This document shows, in pieces, positions 48,753 to 60,903 of a stretch of DNA of 64,000 bases; positions within the stretch are counted from its first letter, which is position 1; the number at the start of each line of letters is the position of its first letter. The translations under genes and the position numbers were made by a program. A model generated the notes under the pieces. The model did not search any database. It was given only the letters and a program-made list of their open reading frames with translations, and was not told the origin of the DNA. The DNA is from Alphaproteobacteria bacterium (GTDB lineage Bacteria; Pseudomonadota; Alphaproteobacteria; UBA828): the NCBI GenBank assembly GCA_965237415.1, contig CBDEFM010000002.1:1376001-1440000 (forward strand), given 5' to 3'.

Positions 48753-49342
48753 TCGCAAAGCTGCGCGGGGCTCTCGACAGCGTGGGCGACGGCTGGGCTG
48801 TCGTCGATGTGGGCGGCGTCGGCTATCTGACCTATTGCTCCGCCGGCACGCTGGCTTCGATGCCCGCGCGGGGGCAGGAGGTGAGTCTCACCGTCGAGAC
48901 CGTGGTGCGTGAAGATCACATCCATCTCTACGGTTTCGCGAGCGAGCAGGAGCGAGACTGGTTCCGTCTGCTGCAAACAGTGCAGAGCGTCGGCGCGCGT
49001 CTGGCGCTCGCGATTCTGGGCGCCTTGCCCGCGGCGGAGCTCGCTGCCTGCATCGCGGCCCAGGATAGAGCTGGGCTCACGCGCGCGCCCGGGGTGGGGC
49101 CTAAGCTCGCGGCGCGCATCCTGAGCGAGCTCGCGGACAAGGCACCGGCCCTGCCGGGTGCGGCTCCCTCGCCCACGACCGCCGGCGGCACGGTAAACGG
49201 CGATGCGATCGCAGCTCTCGTCAACCTGGGCTACCGCCCGACGGAGGCCCACGGTGCCATCTCAGGCGCAGCGCTCACGCTCGGCGATGAGGCCTCCGTC
49301 GAGGCATTGATCCGCGCCGGGCTGAGGGAACTCGCGCAGTGA
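48749..49342 (+). CDS. ruvA: Holliday junction branch migration protein
   Basis: [37 protein letters not shown]. Confidence 0.95.
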   Translation: MIAKLRGALDSVGDGWAVVDVGGVGYLTYCSAGTLASMPARGQEVSLTVETVVREDHIHLYGFASEQERDWFRLLQTVQSVGARLALAILGALPAAELAACIAAQDRAGLTRAPGVGPKLAARILSELADKAPALPGAAPSPTTAGGTVNGDAIAALVNLGYRPTEAHGAISGAALTLGDEASVEALIRAGLRELAQ

Positions 49343-50385
49343 GCGAGGCCCGAATTGTCGCCGGTGCGGCGGAGCCCGAGGACAGGCTCGACAGCGGGCT
49401 CAGACCCCGCAAGCTCGACGACTTCGTCGGCCAGCGTGCAATACGAGAAAACCTGCGGGTTTTCATCACCGCCGCGGCCGAACGAGGCGAGGCCCTCGAC
49501 CACGTGCTGTTCTACGGCCCGCCGGGCCTCGGCAAGACGACCCTGGCGCAGATCGTCGCCCGCGAGCTCGGCGTCGGCATCCGCACGACCTCGGGCCCGG
49601 TCATCGCGCGCGCCGGCGACCTGGCGGCGATCCTGACGAACCTCAACGAACGCGACGTGCTGTTCATCGACGAGATCCACCGGCTCAACCCGGCGGTGGA
49701 AGAGATCCTCTACCCGGCGATGGAGGATTCGCAGCTCGACCTGATTATCGGCGAGGGGCCGGGCGCGCGTTCGGTACGCATCGATCTGCCGCCCTTCACC
49801 CTGGTTGGCGCCACGACGCGCACCGGCCTCATCACGAATCCCTTGCGCGAGCGCTTCGGCATTCCGCTCAGGCTCGACTTTTACGAAGTCCCGGAGCTGG
49901 TCGAGATCGTGACCCGCAATGCGGTGCTTCTCGACGTGACGCTCAGCGCCGATGGGGCGGCGGAGATTGCCGCCCGCTCCCGCGGCACGCCGCGCATCGC
50001 CGGCCGCTTGCTGCGCCGGGTGCGCGACTTTGCGGCGGTGGCCGATGTCGAGTTGATCGATGCCGGCATCGCAGACCGGGCGCTCAACCGGCTCGAGGTG
50101 GACCAGCGCGGCCTCGATTCGATGGATCGGCGCTATCTCGCCTGCATCGCCGAGAACTATGACGGTGGCCCCGTGGGGATCGAGACCATTGCGGCGGCGC
50201 TCTCCGAACAGCGCGACGGGTTGGAGGAGGTGATCGAGCCCTTCCTGATCCAGCAAGGCTTCGTGCAACGGACACCGCGTGGCCGGATGCTGACCCGGCA
50301 CGGCTTCGGTCACCTGGGTCTGGCGCAGCCTGAGGAGGCACCGCGCCAACTCGCCCTGCTCGACGAAGGCCATGGCAACCGTTGA
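49339..50385 (+). CDS. ruvB: Holliday junction helicase
   Basis: [46 protein letters not shown]. Confidence 0.97.
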   Translation: MSEARIVAGAAEPEDRLDSGLRPRKLDDFVGQRAIRENLRVFITAAAERGEALDHVLFYGPPGLGKTTLAQIVARELGVGIRTTSGPVIARAGDLAAILTNLNERDVLFIDEIHRLNPAVEEILYPAMEDSQLDLIIGEGPGARSVRIDLPPFTLVGATTRTGLITNPLRERFGIPLRLDFYEVPELVEIVTRNAVLLDVTLSADGAAEIAARSRGTPRIAGRLLRRVRDFAAVADVELIDAGIADRALNRLEVDQRGLDSMDRRYLACIAENYDGGPVGIETIAAALSEQRDGLEEVIEPFLIQQGFVQRTPRGRMLTRHGFGHLGLAQPEEAPRQLALLDEGHGNR

Positions 50386-50842
50386 ACCGGACACACCGGC
50401 GGCACCCCTCGGCGGCCGCTTCGAGGACGCGGAGCATGTCTATCCGCTCCGCGTCTACCATGAGGACACCGACGCCAGCGGCATCGTCTATTACGCCAAC
50501 TACCTCAAGTTCGCCGAACGGGCGCGGACCGAGTTGATGCGCGGCGCCGGCATCACGCACGTCACGCTGCTGGGGGACCACGATGCGGCGTTTGTCGTCA
50601 GGCGCTGCGTGGTGGACTACCGCCAGCCGGCGCGGCTCGACGACGCAATCGAGGTGCGCACGAGCATCGGCAGGGTGGCGGGTGCGCATATCGACGCGGA
50701 GCAGCGCGTCGTGCGCGAAGGAGCTCTGCTGGCCACGGTCGGCCTCAGGCTCGGCTGCGTCGGCCGCAACGGCCGCGCGGTACGCCTGCCAACGCCCTTG
50801 CGCCATGCGCTCTCTGGACTGGTGTCGGCGGATCAGCGGTAA
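50372..50842 (+). CDS. ybgC: Tol-Pal-associated acyl-CoA thioesterase
   Basis: [27 protein letters not shown]. Confidence 0.93.
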   Translation: MATVEPDTPAAPLGGRFEDAEHVYPLRVYHEDTDASGIVYYANYLKFAERARTELMRGAGITHVTLLGDHDAAFVVRRCVVDYRQPARLDDAIEVRTSIGRVAGAHIDAEQRVVREGALLATVGLRLGCVGRNGRAVRLPTPLRHALSGLVSADQR

Positions 50843-50853
50843 CGGGAGTAGCC

Positions 50854-51588
50854 ATGGATTCCGACCTTGTTCGCGCCGTTGAGATCGGCGCCAGTGCGGT
50901 GGCCGAGGACTTCTCCCTCTGGGGCCTGTTTTTGCAGGCCGACGTCATCGTCAAGGCCGTTATCGTGGTCCTTCTGATCGCGTCGCTCTGGAGCTGGGCG
51001 ATCATCTTCGACAAAAGCCTCCGCTACGCCCGCGCCCGCCGCCTCGCCGTCGAGTTCGAGCAGGCCTTCTGGTCCGGCGGCTCCCTCGATCAGCTCTACG
51101 ACGATCTCTCCACGAAGCGCAGCCACCCGATGACCGTGCTGTTCGCCTCGGCGATGGACGAATGGCGCCGCTTCGCGAACCGCGGAACTCACCTCTCGGC
51201 GGACCGGCTCGAAGGCCTTCAGCGCCGTATCGCCTACGCCATGGATGCCGCGCTCAATCGCGAGCTGGATCAGCTCGAGCGCTACCTCGGTTTCTTGGCC
51301 ACGGTGGGGGCAACCGCGCCGTTCGTCGGCCTGTTCGGCACCGTCTGGGGCATCATGAACAGCTTTCAGTCGATCGCGGCGAGCAAGGACACCTCGCTCG
51401 CCGTGGTTGCGCCGGGCATCGCCGAGGCGCTGTTCGCGACCGCACTCGGCCTGGTCGCCGCCATCCCGGCGGTGGTGGCCTACAACAAGCTCAGCAGCGA
51501 CCTCGACCGCTATGCCGGCCGACTGGAGGCCTTCGGCACCGAGTTCCGCGCCCTTCTTGGCCGTCAGCTTGAGGAGCGCGCCGTCTGA
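50854..51588 (+). CDS. tolQ: TolQ
   Basis: [31 protein letters not shown]. Confidence 0.95.
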   Translation: MDSDLVRAVEIGASAVAEDFSLWGLFLQADVIVKAVIVVLLIASLWSWAIIFDKSLRYARARRLAVEFEQAFWSGGSLDQLYDDLSTKRSHPMTVLFASAMDEWRRFANRGTHLSADRLEGLQRRIAYAMDAALNRELDQLERYLGFLATVGATAPFVGLFGTVWGIMNSFQSIAASKDTSLAVVAPGIAEALFATALGLVAAIPAVVAYNKLSSDLDRYAGRLEAFGTEFRALLGRQLEERAV

Positions 51589-52049
51589 TGGCGGCCGAAT
51601 GGGACGGGCCGTTGAACGGCCTGAGCCGAGGCGGGCGCGGGCGCCGCCGCCGCGCGCCCATGAGCCAGATCAACGTGACTCCGTTCGTCGATGTCATGCT
51701 CGTACTCCTGGTGATCTTCATGATCACGGCGCCGCTGCTCACTGTGGGGGTCGAGGTCGATCTGCCCGAGGCCGACACGCCGCCGCTCGCTGGAGACGAC
51801 GAGCCGCTCTCGATCACCATCACCCGCGACGGCACGACCTATCTCCAGGAAACCGAGGTTGCGCTGGAGGCGCTGATCCCCAAGCTCAGGGCGATCACCG
51901 AACGCCGCCCCGACGTGCGCATCTTCATCCGCGGCGACCGCGACATCGCCTACGGGCGGGTGATGGAGGTCATGGGCGTTCTCAACGCCGCGGGCTTCAA
52001 CAACGTTGCGCTGGTGACCGAGCCGCGCAGGTCGGTGAGCGATGAGTAA
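51588..52049 (+). CDS. tolR: TolR
   Basis: [25 protein letters not shown]...YG.VM. Confidence 0.95.
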   Translation: MAAEWDGPLNGLSRGGRGRRRRAPMSQINVTPFVDVMLVLLVIFMITAPLLTVGVEVDLPEADTPPLAGDDEPLSITITRDGTTYLQETEVALEALIPKLRAITERRPDVRIFIRGDRDIAYGRVMEVMGVLNAAGFNNVALVTEPRRSVSDE

Positions 52050-53019
52050 GCGCGGCTGGCTCTTCTCCGCCATCCTCCACGTCGGCGTGATCGTCGCCGT
52101 GGTGCTGGGCTTGCCGGAAATGTTCGAAAGCGACGCGCTCGACCCCAGCGACCGGCCGATCGTAGTCAGCCTGGTCGAGATCGCCGATGAGGCGAGCGCG
52201 CCTGCGGCCACGCCCGAGCCTGAACCGGTTGTCGAGCCCGAGCCGGAGCCCATCGCCGAGCCGGAACCGGAACCCGAGCCCGAGCCGGAGCCGGAGGTCA
52301 TCGCCGCACCGGAGCCGGAGCCGGCCCCCGAACCGGAGCCGATTCCCGAGCCGGAGATCGTCGCCGCGTTGGACCCCGAGCCCGTCATCGAACCGGAGCC
52401 CGCGCCGGAGCCGGAGCCGCCTCCCCCGCCCGAGCCGGTGGCGGAGCCGGAACCCGAGCCGGCCCCGAAAGCGCCCGAAGCCGAGCCCGAACCTGCACCC
52501 GAGCCGGAGGCGCCGCCGCCGGTGCCGCTGGCCAAGCCGCCTCCGAAGAAGCCGAGCTTCGACAAGCTGCTGAAGGACCTCGCCCAAGAAGAGACCCCGG
52601 AGCCGCCCCAGGCGACACCGCCGGACGAAGAAGAGTCTTTCGAGGACCTGCTGGCCAGCATCGCAGGCGCCGAGGAGGAGCCGCCCACCGAGGCCGCAAC
52701 GCGCGTGCCTCTGACAGGCCCCCTGCGGCAGACCATCACCGACGCCATCAAGCGGAAGGTCGAGAGGAACTGGAGCGTTCCGGCCGGTGTTCTCGATGCC
52801 GACGAGTTGGTGGTGACGCTCAGGATCCAACTGGCGCCGGACGGTTCCGTTAGACGGGTCGAAATCGTTGACGCCGGCAGCGGCGCCAACTACCGGACCA
52901 TGGCCGAAAGCGGACGCCGCGCCGTGCTGACGGCCAGCCCCTTCGATGCCTTGACGCGCTACGTCGACAAGTATGAAGGTTGGCGCGATATCACAATGAC
53001 GTTCAGTCCGCCGGTGTAA
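52042..53019 (+). CDS. tolA: TolA-like protein with long (EP)n linker
   Basis: N-terminal SxxLH TM anchor, Glu-Pro repeats, C-terminal TonB_C-like domain; synteny. Confidence 0.85.
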   Translation: MSKRGWLFSAILHVGVIVAVVLGLPEMFESDALDPSDRPIVVSLVEIADEASAPAATPEPEPVVEPEPEPIAEPEPEPEPEPEPEVIAAPEPEPAPEPEPIPEPEIVAALDPEPVIEPEPAPEPEPPPPPEPVAEPEPEPAPKAPEAEPEPAPEPEAPPPVPLAKPPPKKPSFDKLLKDLAQEETPEPPQATPPDEEESFEDLLASIAGAEEEPPTEAATRVPLTGPLRQTITDAIKRKVERNWSVPAGVLDADELVVTLRIQLAPDGSVRRVEIVDAGSGANYRTMAESGRRAVLTASPFDALTRYVDKYEGWRDITMTFSPPV

Positions 53020-53071
53020 GGTGTGAACCGCGCTTGGACCCGATCAAATTAGAGGAAGCGATGGTGCCACG

Positions 53072-54436
53072 ATGAGACGATTGCTGACACTGAGTGGACA
53101 CGTTACGCGCAAGGCTCCCTTCGCCCTGCCCCTCCCGGCCGCCATCGTCCTCTTCCTGGCGATCCTCTTGGCCGCCGCCGGCGCCAGGGCCGAGCTCCGC
53201 GTGGATATCACGCGCGGCCACGTGGAGCCTCTCCCCATCGCGCTCATCGATCTCGCTGGCGCGAATGAGGCGGACGCCACGCTCGGCCGCCAGATCACCG
53301 GGGTGATTACTCGCAATCTGGAGCGCTCGGGCCTGTTCCGCCCCATCGATTCCGCCGCCTTCATCATCGAACCCGGCGGCATGACGGTGCGGCCGCGCTT
53401 CCAAGACTGGCGCATCATCAATGCGCAGGCGCTGGTCACCGGCCGCGTTGTGCCCGGCGACCCGGGCCGGCTCGTGGTCGAGTTTCGCCTTTGGGACGTG
53501 TTCGCCGAGCAGGATCTGGTGGGCCTGAAGTTGAGCGGCGCGAGAGAGGCGTGGCGCTCGATCGCCCACACCATGTCCGACAAGATCTACGAGCGGCTGA
53601 CCGGAGAGAGCGGGTATTTCCACACCCGGATCGTCTATATCGCCGAGACCGGGCCGCCTGATTTGCGAATCAAACGGCTCGCGATCATGGACCAGGACGG
53701 CCACAACCTGCGCTACCTGTCGGACGGCAGGCACCTGGTGCTCACGCCGCGTTTTTCGCCGACAGCTCAAGAGATTACCTATCTCTCTTACGAGCGCGGC
53801 GTGCCCAGGGTCTACCTGCGCCATATCGACACCGGCCAACAGGAGCTGCTCGGAGACTTTCCCGGCATGACCTTCGCGCCACGCTTCTCGCCGGACGGCA
53901 ATCAGGTGGCTATGACGCTGGCGCAGAGGGGCAATTCGGACATCTACGAGATGGATCTGCGCTCGCGCCAAGTCAGGCAGCTCACCAACAACCCGGCAAT
54001 CGAGACGGCGCCCTGCTACTCTCCGGACGGCGCCTTCATCGCCTTCGAATCCGACCGGGGCGGCAGCCAGCAGATTTATGTCATGCGCCGCGACGGGAGC
54101 GATGTGCACCGCATCACATTCGGCAAGGGTCGCTACGGAACCCCGGTATGGTCTCCGCGCGGCGACCTGATCGCCTTCACCAACAGCTATCGTGGCCAGT
54201 TTTCCATCGGCGTCATGAGGCCCGACGGGAGCGGCGAGCGAATTCTGGCGCAAGACTACTTGGTCGAAGGGCCGACCTGGGCGCCGAACGGACGCGTGAT
54301 CATGTTCTTCCGGTCGAGTTCGCGAGATCCCGACAGCGCCGAATTAGTCTCCATCGATCTGACAGGGCGCAACGAGCGCATCCTGTTCACGAGCACGGCG
54401 GCGTCCGATCCGGCCTGGTCGCCGTTGATCCAGTAA
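53072..54436 (+). CDS. tolB: TolB
   Basis: IMDQDG, repeated P.FSPDG PD40 motifs, SDPAWSP. Confidence 0.95.
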   Translation: MRRLLTLSGHVTRKAPFALPLPAAIVLFLAILLAAAGARAELRVDITRGHVEPLPIALIDLAGANEADATLGRQITGVITRNLERSGLFRPIDSAAFIIEPGGMTVRPRFQDWRIINAQALVTGRVVPGDPGRLVVEFRLWDVFAEQDLVGLKLSGAREAWRSIAHTMSDKIYERLTGESGYFHTRIVYIAETGPPDLRIKRLAIMDQDGHNLRYLSDGRHLVLTPRFSPTAQEITYLSYERGVPRVYLRHIDTGQQELLGDFPGMTFAPRFSPDGNQVAMTLAQRGNSDIYEMDLRSRQVRQLTNNPAIETAPCYSPDGAFIAFESDRGGSQQIYVMRRDGSDVHRITFGKGRYGTPVWSPRGDLIAFTNSYRGQFSIGVMRPDGSGERILAQDYLVEGPTWAPNGRVIMFFRSSSRDPDSAELVSIDLTGRNERILFTSTAASDPAWSPLIQ

Positions 54437-54620
54437 TGACGCAAAGCTATAGTCGCACGGCCAGCCGACGAAACCGCCGTCTCGGCGGCGGCTCAGCTTC
54501 ACGGCACGCAAGAACGCGCCGCGCCGTGCTTTGGCGCTTGACGATCGGTGGAATGTTTGCCGGTCATGGGCGGGATTCCGACGGTCCCGTCACCACTCAC
54601 TGATGAAGGGGAGCGTGTTA

Positions 54621-55172
54621 ATGCGACTGAGACTGATCTTGCCGTTGGTGATAGCGCTCGGCGTGGCGGCCTGCGAAAGCACGCCCCAGGACACCGGATC
54701 CAGCAGCGGCGCAGGAGTCGACGAGACGATTTCATCGGGCACGGATGTGACCTCCACCGACGTCATGATCGAGGAGGAGACAACCGTGGCAGCCCTCGAC
54801 CCGAGCCAGCCGCTCCCGGGATCGCAGGAGGAGCTGGTTCAGAACGTCGGCGACCGCGCCTTCTTCGAGTTTGACAGTTCGGTCCTCAGCGCAGAGGCGC
54901 GCCGGACGCTGGACCGGCAGGCCGAATGGCTAAGGCTGTTCCCCGAGATCGCGCTGGTCCTCGAGGGCCATGCCGACGAACGCGGCACGCGCGAATACAA
55001 CCTCGCGCTTGGCGAGCGCCGCGCTAACGCCGTCCGCGAATACCTGATCACTCAAGGCATCGCACCATCGCGGCTGAGAACGATCTCGTACGGTAAGGAG
55101 CGCCCTTACGCGCTCGGTCATAACGAAGAAGCGTGGGCGCTCAACCGGCGCTCCGTCTCCGTCATCGACTAG
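54621..55172 (+). CDS. pal: Peptidoglycan-associated lipoprotein
   Basis: Lipobox VAA-C, EGHADERGTREYNLALGERRA, SYGKERP. Confidence 0.96.
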   Translation: MRLRLILPLVIALGVAACESTPQDTGSSSGAGVDETISSGTDVTSTDVMIEEETTVAALDPSQPLPGSQEELVQNVGDRAFFEFDSSVLSAEARRTLDRQAEWLRLFPEIALVLEGHADERGTREYNLALGERRANAVREYLITQGIAPSRLRTISYGKERPYALGHNEEAWALNRRSVSVID

Positions 55173-55195
55173 CAGGGCGAGGAACCCGAAAAGCG

Positions 55196-56233
55196 ATGCG
55201 CGGCGGAGCATCCGCCCCGCGGAAGGGCAGCGTTCACCGTAAGCGGCGGTGGACGGCGGCGGTGCCGGCGTCCGCGCTGGCGGTGCTCGTGGCAGCGGCG
55301 GTCCTGCTGACGGCAACCGCTGTCGGCGCCCAGACCGGCGTGGATCTCAGGCCCCAGATTCGTAACCTGACCAATCAGATCGCGAGCCTTCGCGATCAGC
55401 TCGCCGACTTGGAGCGGGTGGTCCATGCCGGCGCCGCGCCGCGTGGTGCGGCAGCCGACGCGGGTTCGGACGCTGGAGCTTCTGAGCGAAACAGCCAGCG
55501 CTTGGCGGAACTCGAGACTGACATCGACGAAGCCAGAGAATGGCGACGGCGAGTCACCGGCCGTTTCGAGGAGTTCGACAACATTCTCCGCCGGCTCGAA
55601 GGGCGTATCGAACGGCTGGTCGCCGATGTGGACTTCAGGCTCTCCGCCCTCGAGCAAGGGCGAACCACCCCCCCGGGCGGCTCAGCTGCCGCTGCCGCCG
55701 GTGAGGTGCCCCTGGTGGCACCTTCGGACCAGCGCCAGGCCGGCATCGCAGATCGACAGGGCGATGTCTACGAGCCTTCCACCGCGCCTCGCTCCCTCGG
55801 CACCATACCGGCGGATGAGCCGGGCGATGGGGTGCCGCTCGCGGCGCTGACGCCCGAGGAGCAGTACAAGACGGCGTTCGGCCTGCTCGAAGAGGCGCGG
55901 CACGAAGAGGCGCACGACGTGTTCTCACGCTTCATCGACGCGAACCCCGAGCACGAGCTCGCGCAGAACGCCGCCTATTGGCGCGCAGAGAGCCTTTACG
56001 CCAGGCAGATGTATCCCGAGGCTGCGAAATCCTACGCGCTCAACCTTCGGCAGTACCCGGACGGCCGCAAGGCGCCGGACAACATGGTCAAACTCGGCAT
56101 GGCGCTGCTCAAGCTCAGGCGCACCGAGGAGGCGTGCCGGACTTTCGCACAGCTCGATCGAAACTTTCCCGACCCGCCGCTCAACATCCGCCGGGCGGCG
56201 CAACAGGGGCAGCGCCAAGCGAACTGCCCCTGA
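55196..56233 (+). CDS. cpoB: Tol-Pal protein YbgF/CpoB
   Basis: Coiled-coil N-terminus plus TPR (NAAYW, KAPDNMVKLG, EACRTF); synteny. Confidence 0.88.
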   Translation: MRGGASAPRKGSVHRKRRWTAAVPASALAVLVAAAVLLTATAVGAQTGVDLRPQIRNLTNQIASLRDQLADLERVVHAGAAPRGAAADAGSDAGASERNSQRLAELETDIDEAREWRRRVTGRFEEFDNILRRLEGRIERLVADVDFRLSALEQGRTTPPGGSAAAAAGEVPLVAPSDQRQAGIADRQGDVYEPSTAPRSLGTIPADEPGDGVPLAALTPEEQYKTAFGLLEEARHEEAHDVFSRFIDANPEHELAQNAAYWRAESLYARQMYPEAAKSYALNLRQYPDGRKAPDNMVKLGMALLKLRRTEEACRTFAQLDRNFPDPPLNIRRAAQQGQRQANCP

Positions 56234-56256
56234 GCGCAACCGGGGTCTTTCCGCGC

Positions 56257-57720
56257 GTGGCCGCACCCCGCATCGTCTCACCCACGACCGCCGATCCTGG
56301 CGCGGCGCCCATCGACGCGAACGCCTTCGAGGCGCTCATGGCGCCGCTTGGCCCATTCGAACCCGCGCCGCGCGTTGCCGTGGCGGTTTCCGGCGGCTCG
56401 GACAGCCTTGCACTATGCCTGCTCGCCGATCGCTGGGCGCGGGCGCAGGGCGGCACGGTCTTCGGGCTCACCGTCGACCACCGTTTGCGCGCTGAATCGG
56501 GGGCCGAAGCCGCCCAGGTGCGGCGCTGGCTCGCCGCCCGGGCCATGTCCCACCGAACTCTGCGCTGGACGGGCATCCGCCCTGTCTCCGGGATTCAGGA
56601 GGAAGCGCGGGCTGCGCGACTCGCGCTGCTTGGCGGCTGGTGCCGGCAGGCTCACGTCCTCCACCTGTTGCTGGGACACCAGCGGGAGGATCAGGCCGAG
56701 ACCGCGCTTCAACGACTCGTTCACGGAAGCGGCATTGACGGGCTTGCCGCCATGGCGCCGGTTCGCCTCGCGATGGAACCCGACGGCGGCGGCGTGCGTC
56801 TGTTGCGCCCTCTCCTTTCCGTGTCCCGGGACGCGCTGACCGCGACCCTGGCCCTTTGGGACCAACCCTGGATTGACGACCCGACCAACCGCGACATGCG
56901 CTATGCCCGCCCGCGGCTGGCAGCAGCGCTGGCGGAGCTCGGGCCGGAAGGGCTGAGCGCCGCGCGGCTGGCCAAGGTTGCCGAGCGCGCCGCAGAGGAT
57001 CGCGCCGCGCTGGACGGGCTCTGCTCCGACCTGCTGGCCCGCAGCGCGCACCCCGCGCCCGGCGGCTTTGTGACGCTGGACCGATGCATCTTGCGTCATG
57101 CACCGCCGGCGCTGGCGCTGCGCGCACTGAGCCGCGCCGTCACCACGGTCTCCGGCGCTCCTCATCCTCCGCGGATTGAGCGCCTGGAACGGCTGGCGCA
57201 ACGGCTGCGCGGCGATAACGTTAGGGCGGCAACGCTCGGCGGCTGTCGTGTGGTCCCGCAAAGGGATGGACGACTCGTCGTTTGCAGGGAGCCTGCGGCA
57301 GCCTCGGAGGTCCTTTCGCTCAAGGCGGGCGACAGTGCGCTCTGGGACCGCCGATTCGTCGTCTCACTCGGCTCGTCCGCCGGGTCGGGGCCATTCCTCG
57401 TGCGCCGGCTCGGCACGGACGGTCTGGCTCGGGCCCGCGCGATGGCGCGCGCCGCAGGCACGCCGCTCGGAACCGATTGCATTCCGCCGCCCGCGCGTCC
57501 TGCGTTGCCCGCGCTATTCGACCTTGACGGGCCGCTCGCCGCTCCCCACGTAGACTTCAGGCGAACATCGCACCGGAACGAGGCCGCGGCCGTAGCATTT
57601 GAGGCATCGTTCAGGCCGGCGCGTCCGTTGGCTCCGGGACATCCGGCAACGCTTGGCGTGTTGCCACTGCAGGACAAGACTGTTGACGAACGCGTTGAAG
57701 AGACTATTGATCGCCCGTGA
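56257..57720 (+). CDS. tilS: tRNA(Ile)-lysidine synthetase (start uncertain)
   Basis: VAVSGGSDS, TVDHRLR, GHQREDQAET, RPLL, DDPTN. Confidence 0.92.
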   Translation: MAAPRIVSPTTADPGAAPIDANAFEALMAPLGPFEPAPRVAVAVSGGSDSLALCLLADRWARAQGGTVFGLTVDHRLRAESGAEAAQVRRWLAARAMSHRTLRWTGIRPVSGIQEEARAARLALLGGWCRQAHVLHLLLGHQREDQAETALQRLVHGSGIDGLAAMAPVRLAMEPDGGGVRLLRPLLSVSRDALTATLALWDQPWIDDPTNRDMRYARPRLAAALAELGPEGLSAARLAKVAERAAEDRAALDGLCSDLLARSAHPAPGGFVTLDRCILRHAPPALALRALSRAVTTVSGAPHPPRIERLERLAQRLRGDNVRAATLGGCRVVPQRDGRLVVCREPAAASEVLSLKAGDSALWDRRFVVSLGSSAGSGPFLVRRLGTDGLARARAMARAAGTPLGTDCIPPPARPALPALFDLDGPLAAPHVDFRRTSHRNEAAAVAFEASFRPARPLAPGHPATLGVLPLQDKTVDERVEETIDRP

Positions 57721-57842
57721 GATGATTGTCGTGTACACTGCAACAGGCGCACGAGCGGGCAGGGTGCGTGGGTCGGTCGTGAGCACGCAATTGGCGTCGG
57801 CGCAGATCGGGCGCGAACGCAGGAACAACCGGAGGCCGAACC

Positions 57843-59771
57843 GTGGGTAGCTTCGGCAAGAATCTGGCGCTTTGGATCATCATCGGCCTGGTCCTGGTCG
57901 CGCTGTTCCAAGTCTTTCAGGGGTCGTCGTCGCGGCAGACCTCTACCGATCTCGCGTTCTCGCAGTTCCTGGCCGAGGTCGAAGGCGGCCAAGTTCAGGA
58001 TGTGACGATCCAGGGCAACACGATCACCGGCCACTACACCAACGGCACCGCCTTCAACACCTACGCGCCTTACGACCCCGAACTGGTCAAGACACTCCGC
58101 ACCCACGACGTGCAGATTGCCGCCGTTCCAATCGACGAGGGCGGCCTCAGCATCGTCGGCATCCTGATTTCTTGGTTCCCGCTGCTCCTCTTCATCGGCG
58201 TCTGGATCTTCATGATGCGCCAGATGCAGTCGGGCGGCGGCAAGGCAATGGGCTTCGGCAAGTCGCGCGCGCGCCTGCTGACGGAGCGCCAGGGCCGGGT
58301 GACCTTCGACGACGTGGCCGGCATCGACGAGGCCAAGCAAGAACTCGAAGAGATCGTCGAGTACCTGCGTGATCCGCAAAAGTTCCAGCGGCTCGGCGGC
58401 AGGATCCCGAAGGGTGTGCTGCTGCTCGGCCCGCCCGGTACCGGCAAGACGCTGCTCGCGCGCGCCATCGCGGGCGAAGCCAACGTACCCTTCTTCACCA
58501 TCTCCGGCTCCGATTTCGTGGAGATGTTCGTGGGCGTCGGCGCGAGCCGCGTGCGCGACATGTTCGAGCAGGGCAAGAAGAACGCGCCGTGCCTGATCTT
58601 CATCGACGAGATTGACGCGGTTGGCCGGCACCGGGGTGCCGGGCTCGGCGGCGGCAATGACGAGCGCGAGCAGACCCTCAATCAGCTCCTCGTCGAGATG
58701 GACGGATTCGAGGCCAATGAAGGCGTGATCCTGATCTCGGCGACCAACCGGCCGGATGTGCTGGATCCGGCCCTGCTCAGGCCGGGCCGCTTCGACCGCC
58801 AGGTCGTGGTGCCGAATCCGGACGTGCTCGGGCGCGAGAAGATCCTCAAGGTGCACATGCGCAAGGTGCCGCTCGCACCGGACGTGAAGCCCCGCACGAT
58901 CGCGCGCGGCACGCCCGGCTTCTCGGGCGCGGACCTCGCCAATTTGGTCAATGAGGCGGCGTTGCTCGCGGCACGGCGCGGTAAGCGCGTCGTGACGATG
59001 GTCGAGTTCGAAGACGCCAAGGACAAGGTCATGATGGGGGCCGAGCGACGCTCCATGGTGATGACCGACGAGGAGAAGCGGCTCACCGCTTATCATGAGG
59101 GCGGCCACGCGGTGGTGGCGGCTCACCTCGAAGCCTCCGACCCGATCCACAAGGCCACGATCATCCCGCGCGGCCGCGCGCTCGGTATGGTCGTCCGGCT
59201 GCCGGAGGGCGATCGCATCTCGGTCAGCCGCGAGAAGCTGGAAGCCGACATCACCGTCGCCATGGGCGGGCGCATCGCCGAGGAGATGGTCTTCGGTTAC
59301 GAGAAGGTGACCAGCGGGGCGTCGTCCGATCTCAAGATGGCGACCCAGATCGCGCGCAGCATGGTGACCCAGTTCGGCATGTCCGACGAGCTCGGGCCCC
59401 TCAGCTACACCGAGAACGAGCAGGAAGTCTTCCTCGGCCACTCGATCACGCAGCAGAAGAACGTCTCCGAGCAGACCGCACACAGGATCGACCTCGAAGT
59501 GCGCAAGATCGTCGACAAGGCCTACGGCCGGGCCCGGGCAATTCTCTCCGACAACCTGGAGTCGCTGCATCTGATCGCGACCGCACTGCTCGAATACGAG
59601 TCGCTCAACGGCGAGGAAATCACGGCAATCCTCAAGGGCGAATCGATCGTGCGGGCGGACGACGACGAGCCGGTGGTCACGCAGGGGCGGCGCGGGACGG
59701 TGCCCTCCTCCAGCCGGCGCAAGGGCAAGACACCGCCCGATCTTGAGCCCCATCCGCAGCCGGGCTCCTAG
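57843..59771 (+). CDS. ftsH: ATP-dependent zinc metalloprotease
   Basis: [38 protein letters not shown]. Confidence 0.98.
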   Translation: MGSFGKNLALWIIIGLVLVALFQVFQGSSSRQTSTDLAFSQFLAEVEGGQVQDVTIQGNTITGHYTNGTAFNTYAPYDPELVKTLRTHDVQIAAVPIDEGGLSIVGILISWFPLLLFIGVWIFMMRQMQSGGGKAMGFGKSRARLLTERQGRVTFDDVAGIDEAKQELEEIVEYLRDPQKFQRLGGRIPKGVLLLGPPGTGKTLLARAIAGEANVPFFTISGSDFVEMFVGVGASRVRDMFEQGKKNAPCLIFIDEIDAVGRHRGAGLGGGNDEREQTLNQLLVEMDGFEANEGVILISATNRPDVLDPALLRPGRFDRQVVVPNPDVLGREKILKVHMRKVPLAPDVKPRTIARGTPGFSGADLANLVNEAALLAARRGKRVVTMVEFEDAKDKVMMGAERRSMVMTDEEKRLTAYHEGGHAVVAAHLEASDPIHKATIIPRGRALGMVVRLPEGDRISVSREKLEADITVAMGGRIAEEMVFGYEKVTSGASSDLKMATQIARSMVTQFGMSDELGPLSYTENEQEVFLGHSITQQKNVSEQTAHRIDLEVRKIVDKAYGRARAILSDNLESLHLIATALLEYESLNGEEITAILKGESIVRADDDEPVVTQGRRGTVPSSSRRKGKTPPDLEPHPQPGS

Positions 59772-59787
59772 CGGCACCTGAGCCGCC

Positions 59788-60903
59788 ATGCCGGCGGTAC
59801 CTCTGACACGACCGGCGGCCGAAGACGCCGAAGGTGCCCCGCCGGAGCCCCTTGCCGACGGCGTCTATCTCAGGCCCTGCAATCCAATCCCCGGTGCCGC
59901 ACTCACCTTCGACCTGGTGGACGTGCTGTTCCGCGGCATGCCGGCACGCCGGCGCGTGCAGCTGCAGCACGCCGTGCTCCTCCGCTGGGCCGAGAAGAAC
60001 GCGCCGGGCGCGGCCGACGAAATCGCGGCGCTGAGCGCCCGCTTGAGCGCGCCCCGCGGGCCGGTGTGCGGGCTTGCGCTCGACCGGCCGCGTCTGATGG
60101 GCGTCCTCAACGTGACCCCGGACAGCTTCTCCGACGGCGGCGATTTCGCCGATGAGGACGACGCCGCGGCGCACGGACTTGCCATGGCCGAAGCCGGCGC
60201 CGACATCATCGATGTCGGCGGTGAATCGACCCGGCCCGGCTCGCAGGCGCCGAGCGAGGCGGAGGAGATGCGCCGGGTGGTTCCCGTGATTCGTGCGCTG
60301 GCCGATGACGGGCTTCTGGTCTCGGTCGATACCCGCCGTGCTGCGGTGATGGACGCCGCGCTCGAAGCGGGCGCGCGGATCGTGAACGATATCAGCGCAC
60401 TCTCCCACGATTCGCAGGCGCGCGCGGTCGTTGCCCGGCAGGGCGCGTGGGTCGTCCTGAGCCACATGCAGGGCACGCCGGAGACGATGCAGCATAAGGC
60501 CCGCTACGACGACGCGAGCCTCGACGTGTTCGACGCGCTGGACGTCCAGGTCAATGCAGCCGAAGCGGCAGGAATCTCTCGCAGCCGGATCATCGTCGAC
60601 CCCGGCATCGGCTTCGGCAAGACCGCCCGCCACAATCTCGAAATCCTGCGCGACCTCGCGCTGTTCCACGGGCTCGGCTGCCCATTGCTCGTCGGCGCGT
60701 CGCGCAAGAGCTTCATCGGGCGGCTCAGCGCGGGCGAAGCGCCCAAGGCGCGGCTGGCGGGCTCGCTTGCGGCAGGGCTGCACGCGCTTGGCGAGGGCGC
60801 CCATATGCTGCGGGTGCACGATGTGGCCGAGACGCGCCAGGCGCTCGCGATCTGGCGCGGCATTCGCGATCCGGAAGCATCCACCTTGGAGGTGCGCCGT
60901 TGA
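59788..60903 (+). CDS. folP: Dihydropteroate synthase with N-terminal extension
   Basis: [43 protein letters not shown]. Confidence 0.95.
   Translation: MPAVPLTRPAAEDAEGAPPEPLADGVYLRPCNPIPGAALTFDLVDVLFRGMPARRRVQLQHAVLLRWAEKNAPGAADEIAALSARLSAPRGPVCGLALDRPRLMGVLNVTPDSFSDGGDFADEDDAAAHGLAMAEAGADIIDVGGESTRPGSQAPSEAEEMRRVVPVIRALADDGLLVSVDTRRAAVMDAALEAGARIVNDISALSHDSQARAVVARQGAWVVLSHMQGTPETMQHKARYDDASLDVFDALDVQVNAAEAAGISRSRIIVDPGIGFGKTARHNLEILRDLALFHGLGCPLLVGASRKSFIGRLSAGEAPKARLAGSLAAGLHALGEGAHMLRVHDVAETRQALAIWRGIRDPEASTLEVRR

Noticed and set aside
52200-52520. GAGCCG/GAACCC tandem repeats
   Set aside because: They encode the ordinary Glu-Pro linker of TolA.
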